Shown here: positions 38,663 through 48,560 of the stretch, piece by piece | Position numbering within the stretch: the stretch's first letter is position 1 | Layout of the letters: each line of letters starts with the position of its first letter | Assembly (NCBI GenBank): GCA_963668695.2 | Contig: CAXXLQ010000004.1 | Coordinates: forward strand, 1,568,001 to 1,632,000 | DNA: 64,000 nucleotides | Source: Vicinamibacteria bacterium | Lineage (GTDB): Bacteria; Acidobacteriota; Vicinamibacteria; Marinacidobacterales; Marinacidobacteraceae | Reading direction: 5' to 3' | The notes under the pieces: model-generated | Seen by the model: only the letters and a program-made list of their open reading frames with translations | What the model was told of the DNA's origin: nothing | Databases searched by the model: none | Translations under genes and position numbers: made by a program

Positions 38663-40431
38663 CGCGGCGCGCCCCCGTCCGTCGAACCGATGGTGATCGT
38701 GCGCTGGTGCCGGCCGGCCCGTTTCGCCCAGGCGTCCACGGTGACCTCCATCAGGCCCTCTCCCCGGACCGTCCAGGAGATCGTCTTTCGGGATTCGTCG
38801 GCGCCCGATCCCCAGCGGCGGATGTAGGCGAGCTTGCCGAGGATGTGTCCGGCGTCCACCTTGGCCGGTCCGCTCGTCACCTCGCCGCCCTCCACCCGAA
38901 TCTCGGCGAGGATGGGGTAGTCGAGGCGGATTTCGAGCGCTTTCCGGGTGACGTAGGTGGACAGGTAGCCCTCGTTCTGCAGCACCGCGGTGACCCGGTG
39001 TTCGCCCGGAGAGACCTGTTCGGCGTCGAGTTCGATGATCCTGAGCAGCGGCGACCGGTCGGCGATTTGCATCAGATACTGGTAGTGGATCCCGCTTTCG
39101 AACTCGAGGCGGTCGTCAATTCCCTGGGGTAGTCCCCGGTAGCCGCCGATTTCGACTTCGCCGAGTTCGGGATGCTGGTAGGGGGTCCAGGGTGCGAAAT
39201 AGACGCCGTCCTTCTCCTCGTCCACCCAGCGCAGGATTTCGTACTGCGTCACATAGCCGTCCTGATCGTAGTCCCGGCCCGCCCCCGAGATTTCGGGCAG
39301 CAGGCTGTGGATTCCGACCTGCATGTAGGCCCAGTCGTTCGAAAACCCGTGCATCGTCTCGCCGTAGCGGCCGGCCTTCACCTCCTGGGCGTAGTAGTTG
39401 TTGTTCATCACCCCGCCCTGCGAAAGCCACGACCAGATGGCCCCCAGGCGGGTATAGAAGTCGTTGTCCTCCGGGGGCATGTATTCGAACGGATGGCTCA
39501 TCGGCGGGCGGACGATGTAGTTCCGCGCGCCGCCCCCGGAGTGGATCGTGTAGGTGAAGTAGATGTTGGGATGGGAAGTGACGAACTCGGCGACGGCGCG
39601 CACCTCGGGCAGGAAGAAGGGGTAGGGACCGGCGCCGGGCTCGTTCCGCTGCCATTCGGCGGACCAGTTCCGGTTGAAGTTGGGCTCCTCGCGCTCGTCG
39701 GTCACCTCCCGCGTAAGGCTTGCGCCTTCGCGGTACACCCGGTAGCGCCGCTCGGGCGGCGCAAGTCTCTCGAAGTCCTCGGGTTCTTCCAGTGCGGTCG
39801 GGACGAAGCTCCAGCGGCCTCCGGTGCGGTCTCGGACCTGGAGCATGAGCCGTTCATCGATCCCGCTCGGGTAGTGGGTCCCCTCGGGATCGCGGACCCG
39901 CATCTGGGTGAGGTAGCCGTCGCCGTCGAGATCCTTCCCGTTGTGCTCCTCCGGTTTGTGCTCCGGCCAGGTGGGATGCCGGGTGAGGGCGGCCTCCCCG
40001 CCGTCGGCATCGAAGATGGGCAGCACGTAGAAGGTGCGGGTATCCAGGAGGCGGGTGGCGATCGGATCCTTCCCGTAGCTCGCGATGGCCGCCTCTGCGA
40101 AGTACCACATCAACTGGCGGCCGGTGACTTCACCGGCGTGGATGTTCCCGTCGAGCCAGAGCGCCGGCTTCTCCTCGCCCGGGCCGGTCTCGATGTTCGT
40201 GATTTCGAGGACGACGAGATCCCGTCCCTGCCGGCTCTTGCCGATGACGTGGGTGCGGGCGAGGTTCGGGTACATCTCCGCCAGCTCGTGCAGCCGGTCC
40301 GACACCTCCTGGTGCAGGGGATACGGCCAACGCTCGAAGTCGAAGTCGACGTCTTCGGGGATGCTCGCGAACTGGCCCGCCTGGGCCGGTAGGGCAAGGA
40401 GCAGCAAGGCAGCGAAGAGAAGGTTGCGCAT
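38659..40431 (-). CDS. M14 zinc carboxypeptidase
   Basis: IGKSRQGR, DGNIHAGE (HxxE), NFNRNW, PEVRAV, TIHS; AGGAGG RBS and signal peptide. Confidence 0.92.
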   Translation of the reverse strand: MRNLLFAALLLLALPAQAGQFASIPEDVDFDFERWPYPLHQEVSDRLHELAEMYPNLARTHVIGKSRQGRDLVVLEITNIETGPGEEKPALWLDGNIHAGEVTGRQLMWYFAEAAIASYGKDPIATRLLDTRTFYVLPIFDADGGEAALTRHPTWPEHKPEEHNGKDLDGDGYLTQMRVRDPEGTHYPSGIDERLMLQVRDRTGGRWSFVPTALEEPEDFERLAPPERRYRVYREGASLTREVTDEREEPNFNRNWSAEWQRNEPGAGPYPFFLPEVRAVAEFVTSHPNIYFTYTIHSGGGARNYIVRPPMSHPFEYMPPEDNDFYTRLGAIWSWLSQGGVMNNNYYAQEVKAGRYGETMHGFSNDWAYMQVGIHSLLPEISGAGRDYDQDGYVTQYEILRWVDEEKDGVYFAPWTPYQHPELGEVEIGGYRGLPQGIDDRLEFESGIHYQYLMQIADRSPLLRIIELDAEQVSPGEHRVTAVLQNEGYLSTYVTRKALEIRLDYPILAEIRVEGGEVTSGPAKVDAGHILGKLAYIRRWGSGADESRKTISWTVRGEGLMEVTVDAWAKRAGRHQRTITIGSTDGGAPR

Positions 40432-40537
40432 GATCGTCCTCCTTGGAGAGGCTCTCGGGTCGTTCGGGTGTACCACACCGGCGCCTGGACCCGCGAATTG
40501 CAGACCCTGCTAGGATGCGAGCCGCCTCCGTTTCCCC

Positions 40538-41860
40538 GTGTCCGACCGCTTTCCGCCGCTGGCCAAGGCAGCGATCTGCTGCGTGACTGCCGGCCTCCTC
40601 GCCTCTTCGGCGGACGCCCAGTACGGCTACTTCCCGGATCAACCCGAGGCGGTTGAGGTGGCGGATCTTTCGCGGCGGCCCAGTTTCTTCCACGAAAAGG
40701 CGGTGCTCACCCGCGGCAAGCTGGGTTTTTCCTTCGGGATCGACCAGAGGGTGATGGTGCTCGAAGATCCGGAATTCCTCGCCGAGGAGATCCTGATCGC
40801 CCAGCCCTACATGAGCAGCAACGACCTCCCCTTCATGGGCGGTGGGGAAGTGGAGATCGAGGGGTGGTTCTTCGACACCAGCCAATTCCAATACATGCGT
40901 GTCGAAATGCATCCCATCCTTCGGAACTACCCGGTGGATCCTTCCTGGGGCGAGAACTCCATGGACATGCGGACCCGGGGTTTCCTCGCCATCGTTGCCG
41001 TGACCCCGATCCGCGCCACCGAGGATCTTTCATCGAAGCGCGAGCGGGAAGCGAAGGCGGAAATGGCGGTCGGCGATGCGATCAAGATCGAGGCCGGGAG
41101 CGTGGCCGCGGTCGATATCGCCGAACTGGTTGACGACCCGGATCCCTGGCTGAGCCGCCGCATCGAAGTGATCGGCAAATTCCGCGGCAACAACCTGTTC
41201 GGCGATCTCTCCATCAAGGACAAGAAGACGCCGCGCGACTTCGTGATCAAGACCGCGGAGGACGCGATCTGGATCACCGGGATGCGGCCGGCCGGCAATG
41301 GCTTCCGGTTCGATCCGAAACGCCGCCGCGACACCGGCAAATGGTTGCGCGTATACGGGAGGCCCTGGACCGACGACGGGATGGTCTATCTCCGCGCCGA
41401 ACGGATCGAACTCACCGATCCGCCGGATGACGAATCCCTCGAGCCGGTGGACATCCGAGTCGCCGAGAAGGAGGCCCGGGAGGCGGAGATCACGTCGCCG
41501 CGGGTCGTCTTTTCGCTGCCCCTTGACGGAGAACGGGAGATTCCGCTCGACAGCGAGTTCCGGGTGCAGTTCTCGAACCGGATGGCCGCGACCAGCTTCC
41601 ACGCCGCAGTGGACCTCCTCTACGCGGACGATCCCTACTACGACGATCCGTTTCCGGATCTCGAGTTGACCTACGACGACGGCAGCCGGACGCTGCTCGT
41701 CGTTCCTCACGCCAGCCTGGATCCGGGGCGCGAGGTCCACCTCATCCTCTATGGGGAGATCGCGGACGAGCACGGCCAGCATCTGGAGTCGCAGCCACTC
41801 GCCGCCGAGTGGGACGAGAACGCGGTCTGGGTGCTGTCCTTTCGCACTGCCTCCCCGTGA
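40538..41860 (+). CDS. Exported hypothetical protein with C-terminal Ig-like (Big_5-like) domain
   Basis: Signal peptide; GKFRGNNLFGDL; VVFSLPLDGE...RVQFS..M Ig-like pattern. Confidence 0.7.
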   Translation: MSDRFPPLAKAAICCVTAGLLASSADAQYGYFPDQPEAVEVADLSRRPSFFHEKAVLTRGKLGFSFGIDQRVMVLEDPEFLAEEILIAQPYMSSNDLPFMGGGEVEIEGWFFDTSQFQYMRVEMHPILRNYPVDPSWGENSMDMRTRGFLAIVAVTPIRATEDLSSKREREAKAEMAVGDAIKIEAGSVAAVDIAELVDDPDPWLSRRIEVIGKFRGNNLFGDLSIKDKKTPRDFVIKTAEDAIWITGMRPAGNGFRFDPKRRRDTGKWLRVYGRPWTDDGMVYLRAERIELTDPPDDESLEPVDIRVAEKEAREAEITSPRVVFSLPLDGEREIPLDSEFRVQFSNRMAATSFHAAVDLLYADDPYYDDPFPDLELTYDDGSRTLLVVPHASLDPGREVHLILYGEIADEHGQHLESQPLAAEWDENAVWVLSFRTASP

Positions 41861-42828
41861 GTGGCGCTCCCGCCCGGCGCGCTGACGACGCGCTGGCGGC
41901 GCCGGCGGTGGCCCTCACCATCGCCGGGTCGGATTCCGGGGGCGGCGCCGGCATCCAGGCCGACCTCAAGACCTTTGCGGCGCACGGGGTGTACGGCCTT
42001 TCCGCGATCACGGCGGTTACCGCCCAGAACACGGTGGCGGTGACCGGGGTCCAGGAAATCGAGCCCGCGATGGTCTCCGCCCAGATCGCGGCGGTCGTTT
42101 CCGATTTCCCGGTGGGCGCCGCGAAGACCGGGATGCTCTCCTCGGCGGCCATCATCCAGGCGGTGGCGAAGGCGGTGGATCGCCACGGTCTCCGGGTCGT
42201 CGTGGACCCGGTGATGGTCGCGAAGAGCGGCGACCGGCTCCTGCGGCCTGACGCCGTGGAGGCGCTCCGGGAAGAACTGTTGCCGCGGGGAGTGCTGCTC
42301 ACCCCGAACCTTCCCGAGGCGTCCGACCTCACCGGCCTTCCGGTAGCGGACGAAACGCAGATGCGCGCGGCCGGCGAAAAGCTGCTCGGCATGGGCGCGC
42401 GGGCGGTATTGATGAAGGGAGGCCACCTTCCGGGGGACGACATCGTGGACCTGTTCCTCGACGGCTGCCGTGTCGTTTCCTTCCGTGGACGACGGATCAG
42501 GACCCGCGCCACGCACGGAACCGGCTGCACCCTCTCGGCCGCGGTGGCGGCGAACCTCGCCCTCGGCCGGGAGATGCTCGAGGCAGTGAAGCGGGCGCGG
42601 GAATACCTGCGGACAGCGATGCTGCGGGCCGTTCCGCTCGGTTCGGGCCACGGGCCGCTCGGGCACCTTCCGGCTGCTGACGTGATGGAACGGTTCCGCA
42701 TTACCTCTCAGCCGGGGAACGCCGCCAGTTCTCCCGGCGGGGGCCTTCAGACCGGCATCGCCGTCTCCCTTGGTCGGAGCAGGCCGAACCCCAGCCTCGG
42801 AACCAATGGCCGGATTTCTCGCTCGTAG
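41857..42828 (+). CDS. thiD: HMP/HMP-P kinase
   Basis: LTIAGSDSGGGAGIQADLKT, VTAQNT, VVDPVM, TPNLPEA, HGTGCTLS, GHGPL; atypical tail of about 50 aa. Confidence 0.95.
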   Translation: MSGAPARRADDALAAPAVALTIAGSDSGGGAGIQADLKTFAAHGVYGLSAITAVTAQNTVAVTGVQEIEPAMVSAQIAAVVSDFPVGAAKTGMLSSAAIIQAVAKAVDRHGLRVVVDPVMVAKSGDRLLRPDAVEALREELLPRGVLLTPNLPEASDLTGLPVADETQMRAAGEKLLGMGARAVLMKGGHLPGDDIVDLFLDGCRVVSFRGRRIRTRATHGTGCTLSAAVAANLALGREMLEAVKRAREYLRTAMLRAVPLGSGHGPLGHLPAADVMERFRITSQPGNAASSPGGGLQTGIAVSLGRSRPNPSLGTNGRISRS

Positions 42829-42837
42829 GTTTCGCCT

Positions 42838-43275
42838 GTGATGAAGAGCCGGTTCCGCATCACCGCGGATCCACTGGATCACCAGGCCATAGCCCAAGGG
42901 CTCTCGACGGCCGACGACGGCGCGGTCGTCGTTTTTTCCGGGATCGTCCGCGCCCGCAACAAGGGGAGGAATGTGCTCCATCTCGAGTACGAGGCGTACG
43001 AGGCGATGGTGTACCCCGTGCTCGAGCGGGTGGCAGAGGACGTGCGGGAACGCTTCGGGGTGGAGCGGCTCCGGGTCCACCACCGGATCGGCCGGGTCGA
43101 GATCGGGGAGTCGAGCGTGCTGGTCGCCGCCGCCGCTCCGCACCGAGGCAGCGCCTTCGAGTCCGCGCGGCACGCCATGAACGAGATCAAGCGGATCGTG
43201 CCGATCTGGAAGCGCGAGTTCTTCGAAGACGGGGATGTCTGGGTGGAGGGGCCGAAGGAGCCGGTGACCGTGTGA
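42838..43275 (+). CDS. moaE: Molybdopterin synthase catalytic subunit
   Basis: GAVVVFSGIVR, LEYEAY, HRIG, APHR..AF, VPIWKRE. Confidence 0.95.
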   Translation: MMKSRFRITADPLDHQAIAQGLSTADDGAVVVFSGIVRARNKGRNVLHLEYEAYEAMVYPVLERVAEDVRERFGVERLRVHHRIGRVEIGESSVLVAAAAPHRGSAFESARHAMNEIKRIVPIWKREFFEDGDVWVEGPKEPVTV

Positions 43276-43529
43276 CCGAAGCCCCCGCCGTCACCGTGCT
43301 GCTGTTTGCCGCCGCCCGCGAAGCGGCCGGGCGCGGGCGCCTGGAGGTCCCTTACCGGGAAGGCCTCACCGCCGCCGGCGTCTGGGAGAGTCTCGTGAGC
43401 GCGAACCCCGCCCTCGCGCCCCTCGCCGCCTCGATCAGCGTCGCCCTGAACCACCGCTTCGTCCCGAAGGACACGGCCCTCACCGCCGGCGACGAACTGG
43501 CCTTCCTCCCTCCCGTCAGCGGCGGCTGA
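43272..43529 (+). CDS. moaD: Molybdopterin synthase sulfur carrier
   Basis: VLLFAAAREAAG ... GDELAFLPPVSGG. Confidence 0.95.
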   Translation: MTEAPAVTVLLFAAAREAAGRGRLEVPYREGLTAAGVWESLVSANPALAPLAASISVALNHRFVPKDTALTAGDELAFLPPVSGG

Positions 43530-43559
43530 AGAATCGGAGCCCTCGGGCGCTGACCCGGG

Positions 43560-46190
43560 TCAGCGTCCGAACGAGACGGTCGCCGTCATCGAGATCGTCC
43601 GCGGCGCGCCGAGCCAGGCGGCGTTTTCGGTGATCGCGGAGAGGTAGGGCTTGTCGAACAGGTTGTTCGCCACGATCGAGAACTCCGTCGACTGGAGCAG
43701 CTCGCTCAGCGCTTCGCCCGAGAAACTGACGTAGGCGTCCGCCAGCCAGTAGGCGTCGGCGTACCAGTCCGCGGTGAGGCTGACGCGCCGCGCCGACGTG
43801 TATTTCGCCGTCAGCCCCACGCCGAGGGGGCCGCTCCGGTCCAGCGAGAGCACGAGCAGCCGGTCGGGAACGCCGGTCACGTCGGTCCCCGCGACGATTC
43901 CCTGGTTCGCGTCAACGAGCGGATCGCCGCTCCCGACGTAGGTCGAGTCGTTGAACGTCAACGCGGTATAGAAGGACGTCTGGCTCGGCAACTGCACGGT
44001 AGCGGAGAGCTCGATACCGCTCGTCTCGATCCCGCCCGCGTTGAAGTAGGCGCCCCCTCCGGGGATGAGGTAGTTGGGACCCGCGGGCGTCTGCGGCCCC
44101 AGGTAGAAGATCCGGTTCTCGAAATCAATGGCGTACCAGGTGGCTCCCAGCGCCACCCGGTCCCCGGTGTATTGCAGCCCGACATCGACGTTCGAGGCGG
44201 TCTCCGGCTCGAGGAGGTCGAGGCTCCGCCCCGGCACCTCGAGGAGCGTGCTGGGGATCGCCTTGAAATTCTCGGCATAGCCGGCGAAGAGACTCAGGCC
44301 GGTGACCGGCGTTTCGTAGGTGACGCCCCCGGAAAGAAGCAGATCCGAATCGGACTCGAACTCCAGGTTCGGGTCCGCTCCGAAGACATCCTCGCGTGAC
44401 ACGCCGACCAGGAACTGCTTCACGCCGCCGCTCAGGGCGAAGGGGCCGGCGTAGAGCGTCTCCTCCACGTACCACTTGAAGACGCGCTGCGGGAAGTCCC
44501 ACTCGTACTGGTGCCAATAGGCGCCCTCGTCCCACTTGAAGCTGAGCTTCGGATCCAGCATCCGGTGCCAGTCGCGGCCCAGGTCCCGCCGCGAGTCCTC
44601 GTACCAGATGCCGGCGCGCAGCGTGCTGCCGGCGCTGCCGATGGTGGTGAACCACTCCTCGTCGAGGGTCACGCCGACGCGGTCCTTCCCGTAGTGGCTG
44701 TGGCGGTAGGACTGCACCGCGGTGGCGCCCGGGTGGCACGCGGGGTCCACCGCCGCACCGCCCGACCCGTAGTAGTTGAAGATGTAGGTGGAGGCGCATC
44801 CGGGGGTCGGCCCGACCGCGACGCCGTTCCCGTTCACGAAGCGGATCACCCCGAGTTGCGCGCCGCCCCGCACTGCCGCGCCGCCCGTCAGCTCCGATTC
44901 CGGTCCGCCGGCGTCGTCGGTGATGTCCACGATGTAGGGGGGCAGCCAGTCGCCGCGTCCCCGGTTCCGGTGGAAGTAGGCGCCCACGCTCAACGTGGTC
45001 ACATCGCTGAGCGACCAGTCCGCCTTCAGGTAGGCGAACAGGTTGTTCCGCCGGGTCTGCCAGCCGGGCCGGTAGAACTGGTTCAGGTAGGGGACGCCGG
45101 GCCAGTCGCCGACCAGGCGGTCCCAGCGCGGGTTGGCCCGGAAGTCGGCATCGCTGTAGAGGCGCTGGTAGGTGTCCTCGTGGATGCTGTCGAATGAGAA
45201 GTAGCCGGTGAGATCAACGCTCTCGTGCGACGAAACCAGCTTGGCCGCGACGTGCTCCCGCTCGTTCCGCGCCGAACCCTGCACCCAGTCGGTCGCCTCC
45301 TGGCGGACCGCCGCGATCCAGGCGCGGGTCCCGCTGCCGAAGAGCGGCCCGGTGTCGAGCCGCATGTAGAAGCGCTTGCCGTCGTTCTCGCCGAGGGTGC
45401 TCGACGCGGTGTAGGTGCGTTCGGCCGCCGGATCGTCCGTCAGGTAGTTGAAGGTGCCGCCCAGCGCCTCGACGGATCGGGAAGCGATGTCGGCCGTCCC
45501 CTGGGACACTTCGACGCCGCCGAGGTTCATCGGGTCGATGAAACGGTTCGCCTTGGTGCCGCTCCAGTAGTCGGAGGTACCGTTCGGGAATCCGTCGATG
45601 GTCGTTCCGATCTGCGCCTCGTTGATGGTTACCTGGAAGCCGCGCACCGTGACGTTGCTCGACCAGTCGTCGAAACCGTAGGCGTCCCCCTCCTGGATGG
45701 ACACCCCGGGGAGGTTGTCCACCACCGAAGTTACGCTCGCGATGCTCGACTGCTGCCGCATCATCGGTTCGGCGACGATGTTGCGCGCGAAGGGCCGGGG
45801 CTCCTCGGCGACGACGCTGACCGTTTCGAGCAGCCGCGAGATCTGCAACTGGATCGGGACCGCTTCGGCGGCACCCGCCCCGACGGAAACAGGGATCTCG
45901 AAGGTCTCGAAACCCGGGAGCGTGGCGGTGACGACGTAGTCGCCCGGCGCCAGGCCGGCGGCTTGGTAGGCGCCGTCGGCGCCGGTGACATGTTCCTGGC
46001 GCACGCCGTCGCCGGTCACCGCAACCACGACGCCGGGCAACGGACTGCCGGTCACATCGACGACAACGCCTTCGATCGATCCGGCGGTCTGGGTGCCCGC
46101 CAGCGCCGCGGCCGCCGACGTAGCGGTTGGCAACGTCGCGGCCAGAACGGCGATGACGAACCACTTGGGAATGGAAAGGCTCGATCTCAT
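43560..46190 (-). CDS. TonB-dependent receptor
   Basis: Signal peptide, CarboxypepD-like domain, plug (LPGV, VRGF, IDGFP), LEPETA, NNLFDK, GAPRT. Confidence 0.92.
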   Translation of the reverse strand: MRSSLSIPKWFVIAVLAATLPTATSAAAALAGTQTAGSIEGVVVDVTGSPLPGVVVAVTGDGVRQEHVTGADGAYQAAGLAPGDYVVTATLPGFETFEIPVSVGAGAAEAVPIQLQISRLLETVSVVAEEPRPFARNIVAEPMMRQQSSIASVTSVVDNLPGVSIQEGDAYGFDDWSSNVTVRGFQVTINEAQIGTTIDGFPNGTSDYWSGTKANRFIDPMNLGGVEVSQGTADIASRSVEALGGTFNYLTDDPAAERTYTASSTLGENDGKRFYMRLDTGPLFGSGTRAWIAAVRQEATDWVQGSARNEREHVAAKLVSSHESVDLTGYFSFDSIHEDTYQRLYSDADFRANPRWDRLVGDWPGVPYLNQFYRPGWQTRRNNLFAYLKADWSLSDVTTLSVGAYFHRNRGRGDWLPPYIVDITDDAGGPESELTGGAAVRGGAQLGVIRFVNGNGVAVGPTPGCASTYIFNYYGSGGAAVDPACHPGATAVQSYRHSHYGKDRVGVTLDEEWFTTIGSAGSTLRAGIWYEDSRRDLGRDWHRMLDPKLSFKWDEGAYWHQYEWDFPQRVFKWYVEETLYAGPFALSGGVKQFLVGVSREDVFGADPNLEFESDSDLLLSGGVTYETPVTGLSLFAGYAENFKAIPSTLLEVPGRSLDLLEPETASNVDVGLQYTGDRVALGATWYAIDFENRIFYLGPQTPAGPNYLIPGGGAYFNAGGIETSGIELSATVQLPSQTSFYTALTFNDSTYVGSGDPLVDANQGIVAGTDVTGVPDRLLVLSLDRSGPLGVGLTAKYTSARRVSLTADWYADAYWLADAYVSFSGEALSELLQSTEFSIVANNLFDKPYLSAITENAAWLGAPRTISMTATVSFGR

Positions 46191-46254
46191 AGTGACTCCC
46201 CTGAGGTAGCCGCGAAGGTCGGCCGAGCGGCCCACCACGGCGCCGACAGTAGTG

Positions 46255-46423
46255 GGACGGTACCGGAGAGGTCGGCTCCGGTCGGCGCACTTGGAGGAAA
46301 CGGGGGGTACCCCACCGCGTTCGACGGCAAGTGTTCGCCCTCTTGGACTCCTCTCAGGCACCAGGGAGTTGTCCGACCTTTGGGGGCAACTCCAGCCTCT
46401 TTCCGCCGTCGCCGGACAGAGGC
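46255..46423 (+). promoter_or_regulatory. Structured RNA element, glycine-riboswitch-like (tentative)
   Basis: GGAGAG (46265) ... CTCTCAGG (46351) enclosed by a GU-containing stem, with a competing 10-bp hairpin 46365-46393. Confidence 0.35.
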
Positions 46424-46444
46424 GGTAGTGAAAGGCAAGCTTAG

Positions 46445-46677
46445 CAACCTGTGGTGAAACCCAGGCGGCGTTCGAGCGGCGATGCATCCCGGCTGAACCG
46501 CCCCCCCACCGGGAGAACTGGCGCTTTGCGGCGCTCGGCGTTGCGTTTCGGTCGAAATACACTCGGGCCAGTTCTCCCGGTGGGGGCTCCTCCCTCACGC
46601 GCCTTGTCAGCCGGACCCCCACCGGGAGAACTGGGCCTCGCCGCTCTCGGCGCTCACCCGGGTTCCACCACCGGCTG
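46445..46677. mobile_element. MITE-like repeat, copy 5
   Basis: TTAG|CAACCTGTGGTGAAACCC ... GGGTTCCACCACCGGCTG. Confidence 0.82.
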
Positions 46678-46723
46678 CTCGGCCGCCGGCCCGGAAATGG
46701 GCCTTCGGCGGGATCCGCGGTAA

Positions 46724-46836
46724 GGCCCAGCGCTCCAGTCGCAGACCCTCGAACCTGCGGTAGTCGCTCCGGCTCAAGGTGACGAGAGTCAGGTCATTTG
46801 TCCGGGTGATAGCTGCGATCCACCCGCCGGCGACCC
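46724..46836 (-). pseudogene. VapC 3' relic
   Basis: GWIAAITRTNDLTLVTLSRSDYRRFEGLRLERW, a PIN C-terminal pattern; no 5' part. Confidence 0.65.
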
Positions 46837-46879
46837 GTCATGTACGTTAATGGCCTGCCCTGCCGGGAAAAGGATCGCC

Positions 46880-48232
46880 ATGCCCCTTCATCGCCTTCTC
46901 GCCTTCTTCGCCGCTCTGGCCGTGGGCGCCACCGCCGCCGCTCAGCCGCTCCCCGCCGGGATCACTCCGGAACTCGTGGATCGCGCTCGGGAAATACTGC
47001 GGAGCGTCCCCTTCGCCGACGGGCATAACGACCTGCCGAGTTCGCTGCTGGATGTGGTCCGCGGTGACCTCGACGCGCCCGGCGCCGACCTGAACCGGGT
47101 CCAGCTCGAATTGCCCGCCGACATCCCGCGGCTCCGCGAGGGCGGGGTCGGAATGCAGTTCTGGTCGGCCTTTGTGGATACGGCCTTCATCGCGACCGGG
47201 GACTCTCTCCGGCAGGCGATCCGCGAGATCGACGTCATCCACCGGTTCGTGGATCGCTATGAGGACTTCGAGTTCGCCCGCACCGCGGACGACATCGAGC
47301 GCGCCCACGCCGCGGGGCGTATCGCGTCGATGATCGGTCTCGAGGGCGGCCACGCCATCGAAGGCTCCACCGCCACGCTGCGGATGCTCTACGAACTGGG
47401 TGTCCGCTACCTGACGCTGACCCACTTCCGCACCCACGACTGGGCGGACTCGGCGACCGACATCCCCCTCCACCGGGGACTTTCCCCGTTTGGGGAGGAG
47501 GTGGTCCGGGAGATGAACCGCCTGGGCATGTTCGTGGACCTCTCCCACGTCAGCGCGGAGACGATGCGTGACGCGCTCCGGATCAGCGAGGCGCCCGTGC
47601 TCTACTCCCATTCGGGCGCCCGCGGCGTGAACGCCCACCCGCGGAACGTGCCCGATGACGTGCTGCGGCTGCTGCCGGCGAACGGCGGCGTGGTGATGGT
47701 GGACTTCATTCCCGGCTACGTGGTTCCCACCCCGCGCGAGTGGCTCGCCCGCGAGGGCATCGAGGCGGAAGAGGACCGGGCGGCGATGGGGATGGGCTCC
47801 GCCGAGCCGGTCTGGGGAGCGATGCGGAACCGCGAACGCGAACGCCTCCGCGCCGAACTGGACGACGAGGATGAGGTCGCGCGACGCCTGGCCCGTTGGG
47901 AAGCCGACAACCCGATGCCGCGCGGCACGGTCTCGGACGTGGCCGCCCACATCGAGCACATCCGCGACGTGGCCGGGCTCGCTCACATCGGGATCGGCTC
48001 GGACTACTACGACCCCGGCGGTCCCTCGATGGTTGAAGGTCTCGAGCATGTGGACCGGTTCCCGGTGCTCTTCGCCGAACTCCTGCGCCGCGGTTGGTCC
48101 GAGGACGACCTCCGTCAGGTCGCCGCCGGCAACGTCCTCAGGGCGCTCCGCGAGGTCGAGCGGGTCGCGGCCGAGCTCCGGCAGACCCGACCGCCATCAA
48201 CGGCCGACCTGCGGGGCGTCGGGGCGCGGTAG
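46880..48232 (+). CDS. M19 membrane dipeptidase
   Basis: DGHNDLP, QFWS, GLEGGH, LTLTH, EMNRLGMFVDLSH, SHS, HPRNV, IGIGSDY; signal peptide. Confidence 0.93.
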   Translation: MPLHRLLAFFAALAVGATAAAQPLPAGITPELVDRAREILRSVPFADGHNDLPSSLLDVVRGDLDAPGADLNRVQLELPADIPRLREGGVGMQFWSAFVDTAFIATGDSLRQAIREIDVIHRFVDRYEDFEFARTADDIERAHAAGRIASMIGLEGGHAIEGSTATLRMLYELGVRYLTLTHFRTHDWADSATDIPLHRGLSPFGEEVVREMNRLGMFVDLSHVSAETMRDALRISEAPVLYSHSGARGVNAHPRNVPDDVLRLLPANGGVVMVDFIPGYVVPTPREWLAREGIEAEEDRAAMGMGSAEPVWGAMRNRERERLRAELDDEDEVARRLARWEADNPMPRGTVSDVAAHIEHIRDVAGLAHIGIGSDYYDPGGPSMVEGLEHVDRFPVLFAELLRRGWSEDDLRQVAAGNVLRALREVERVAAELRQTRPPSTADLRGVGAR

Positions 48233-48296
48233 GGCAGTGGGCTGCCAAACGGTTCCCACAGTCCGACGGATCACTCATGCACTAGGATGATGTAAG

Positions 48297-48560
48297 ATGA
48301 AGTCAATGACTTCGTCAGACATCAACCGATCGGCGAACCAGATCACTGCCCGCTTGCCGACTCCCGTCCTGGAACTACTGGACAACGCCGCCCGCCAGTT
48401 GAAGCGCAGCCGGGCGGAAATCGTCCGCCAGGCCATCGAGTACTACCTTGAAGACTTCGACGACCTCACGGTCGCGGTAGAGCGACTCCGCGACCCGGGA
48501 GATCCGGTGCTCGACTGGGACGAGGTAAAGCGTGATCTATTCGGTTCGGATCAAGCGTAG
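48297..48560 (+). CDS. RHH/CopG antitoxin
   Basis: ITARLP...LDNAARQLKRSRAEIVRQAIEYYLEDFDD. Confidence 0.88.
   Translation: MKSMTSSDINRSANQITARLPTPVLELLDNAARQLKRSRAEIVRQAIEYYLEDFDDLTVAVERLRDPGDPVLDWDEVKRDLFGSDQA

Noticed and set aside
40432-41860. TPP or Moco riboswitch upstream of thiD-moaED
   Set aside because: thiD overlaps the upstream gene, and the short region before that gene shows no recognisable aptamer consensus.
15202-46622. N-terminal extensions of M20, NhaC and TonB ORFs and many PPPGEL/HRENW/APTGRTG ORFs
   Set aside because: Translations of the MITE and 17-bp cassette; the real starts lie downstream.
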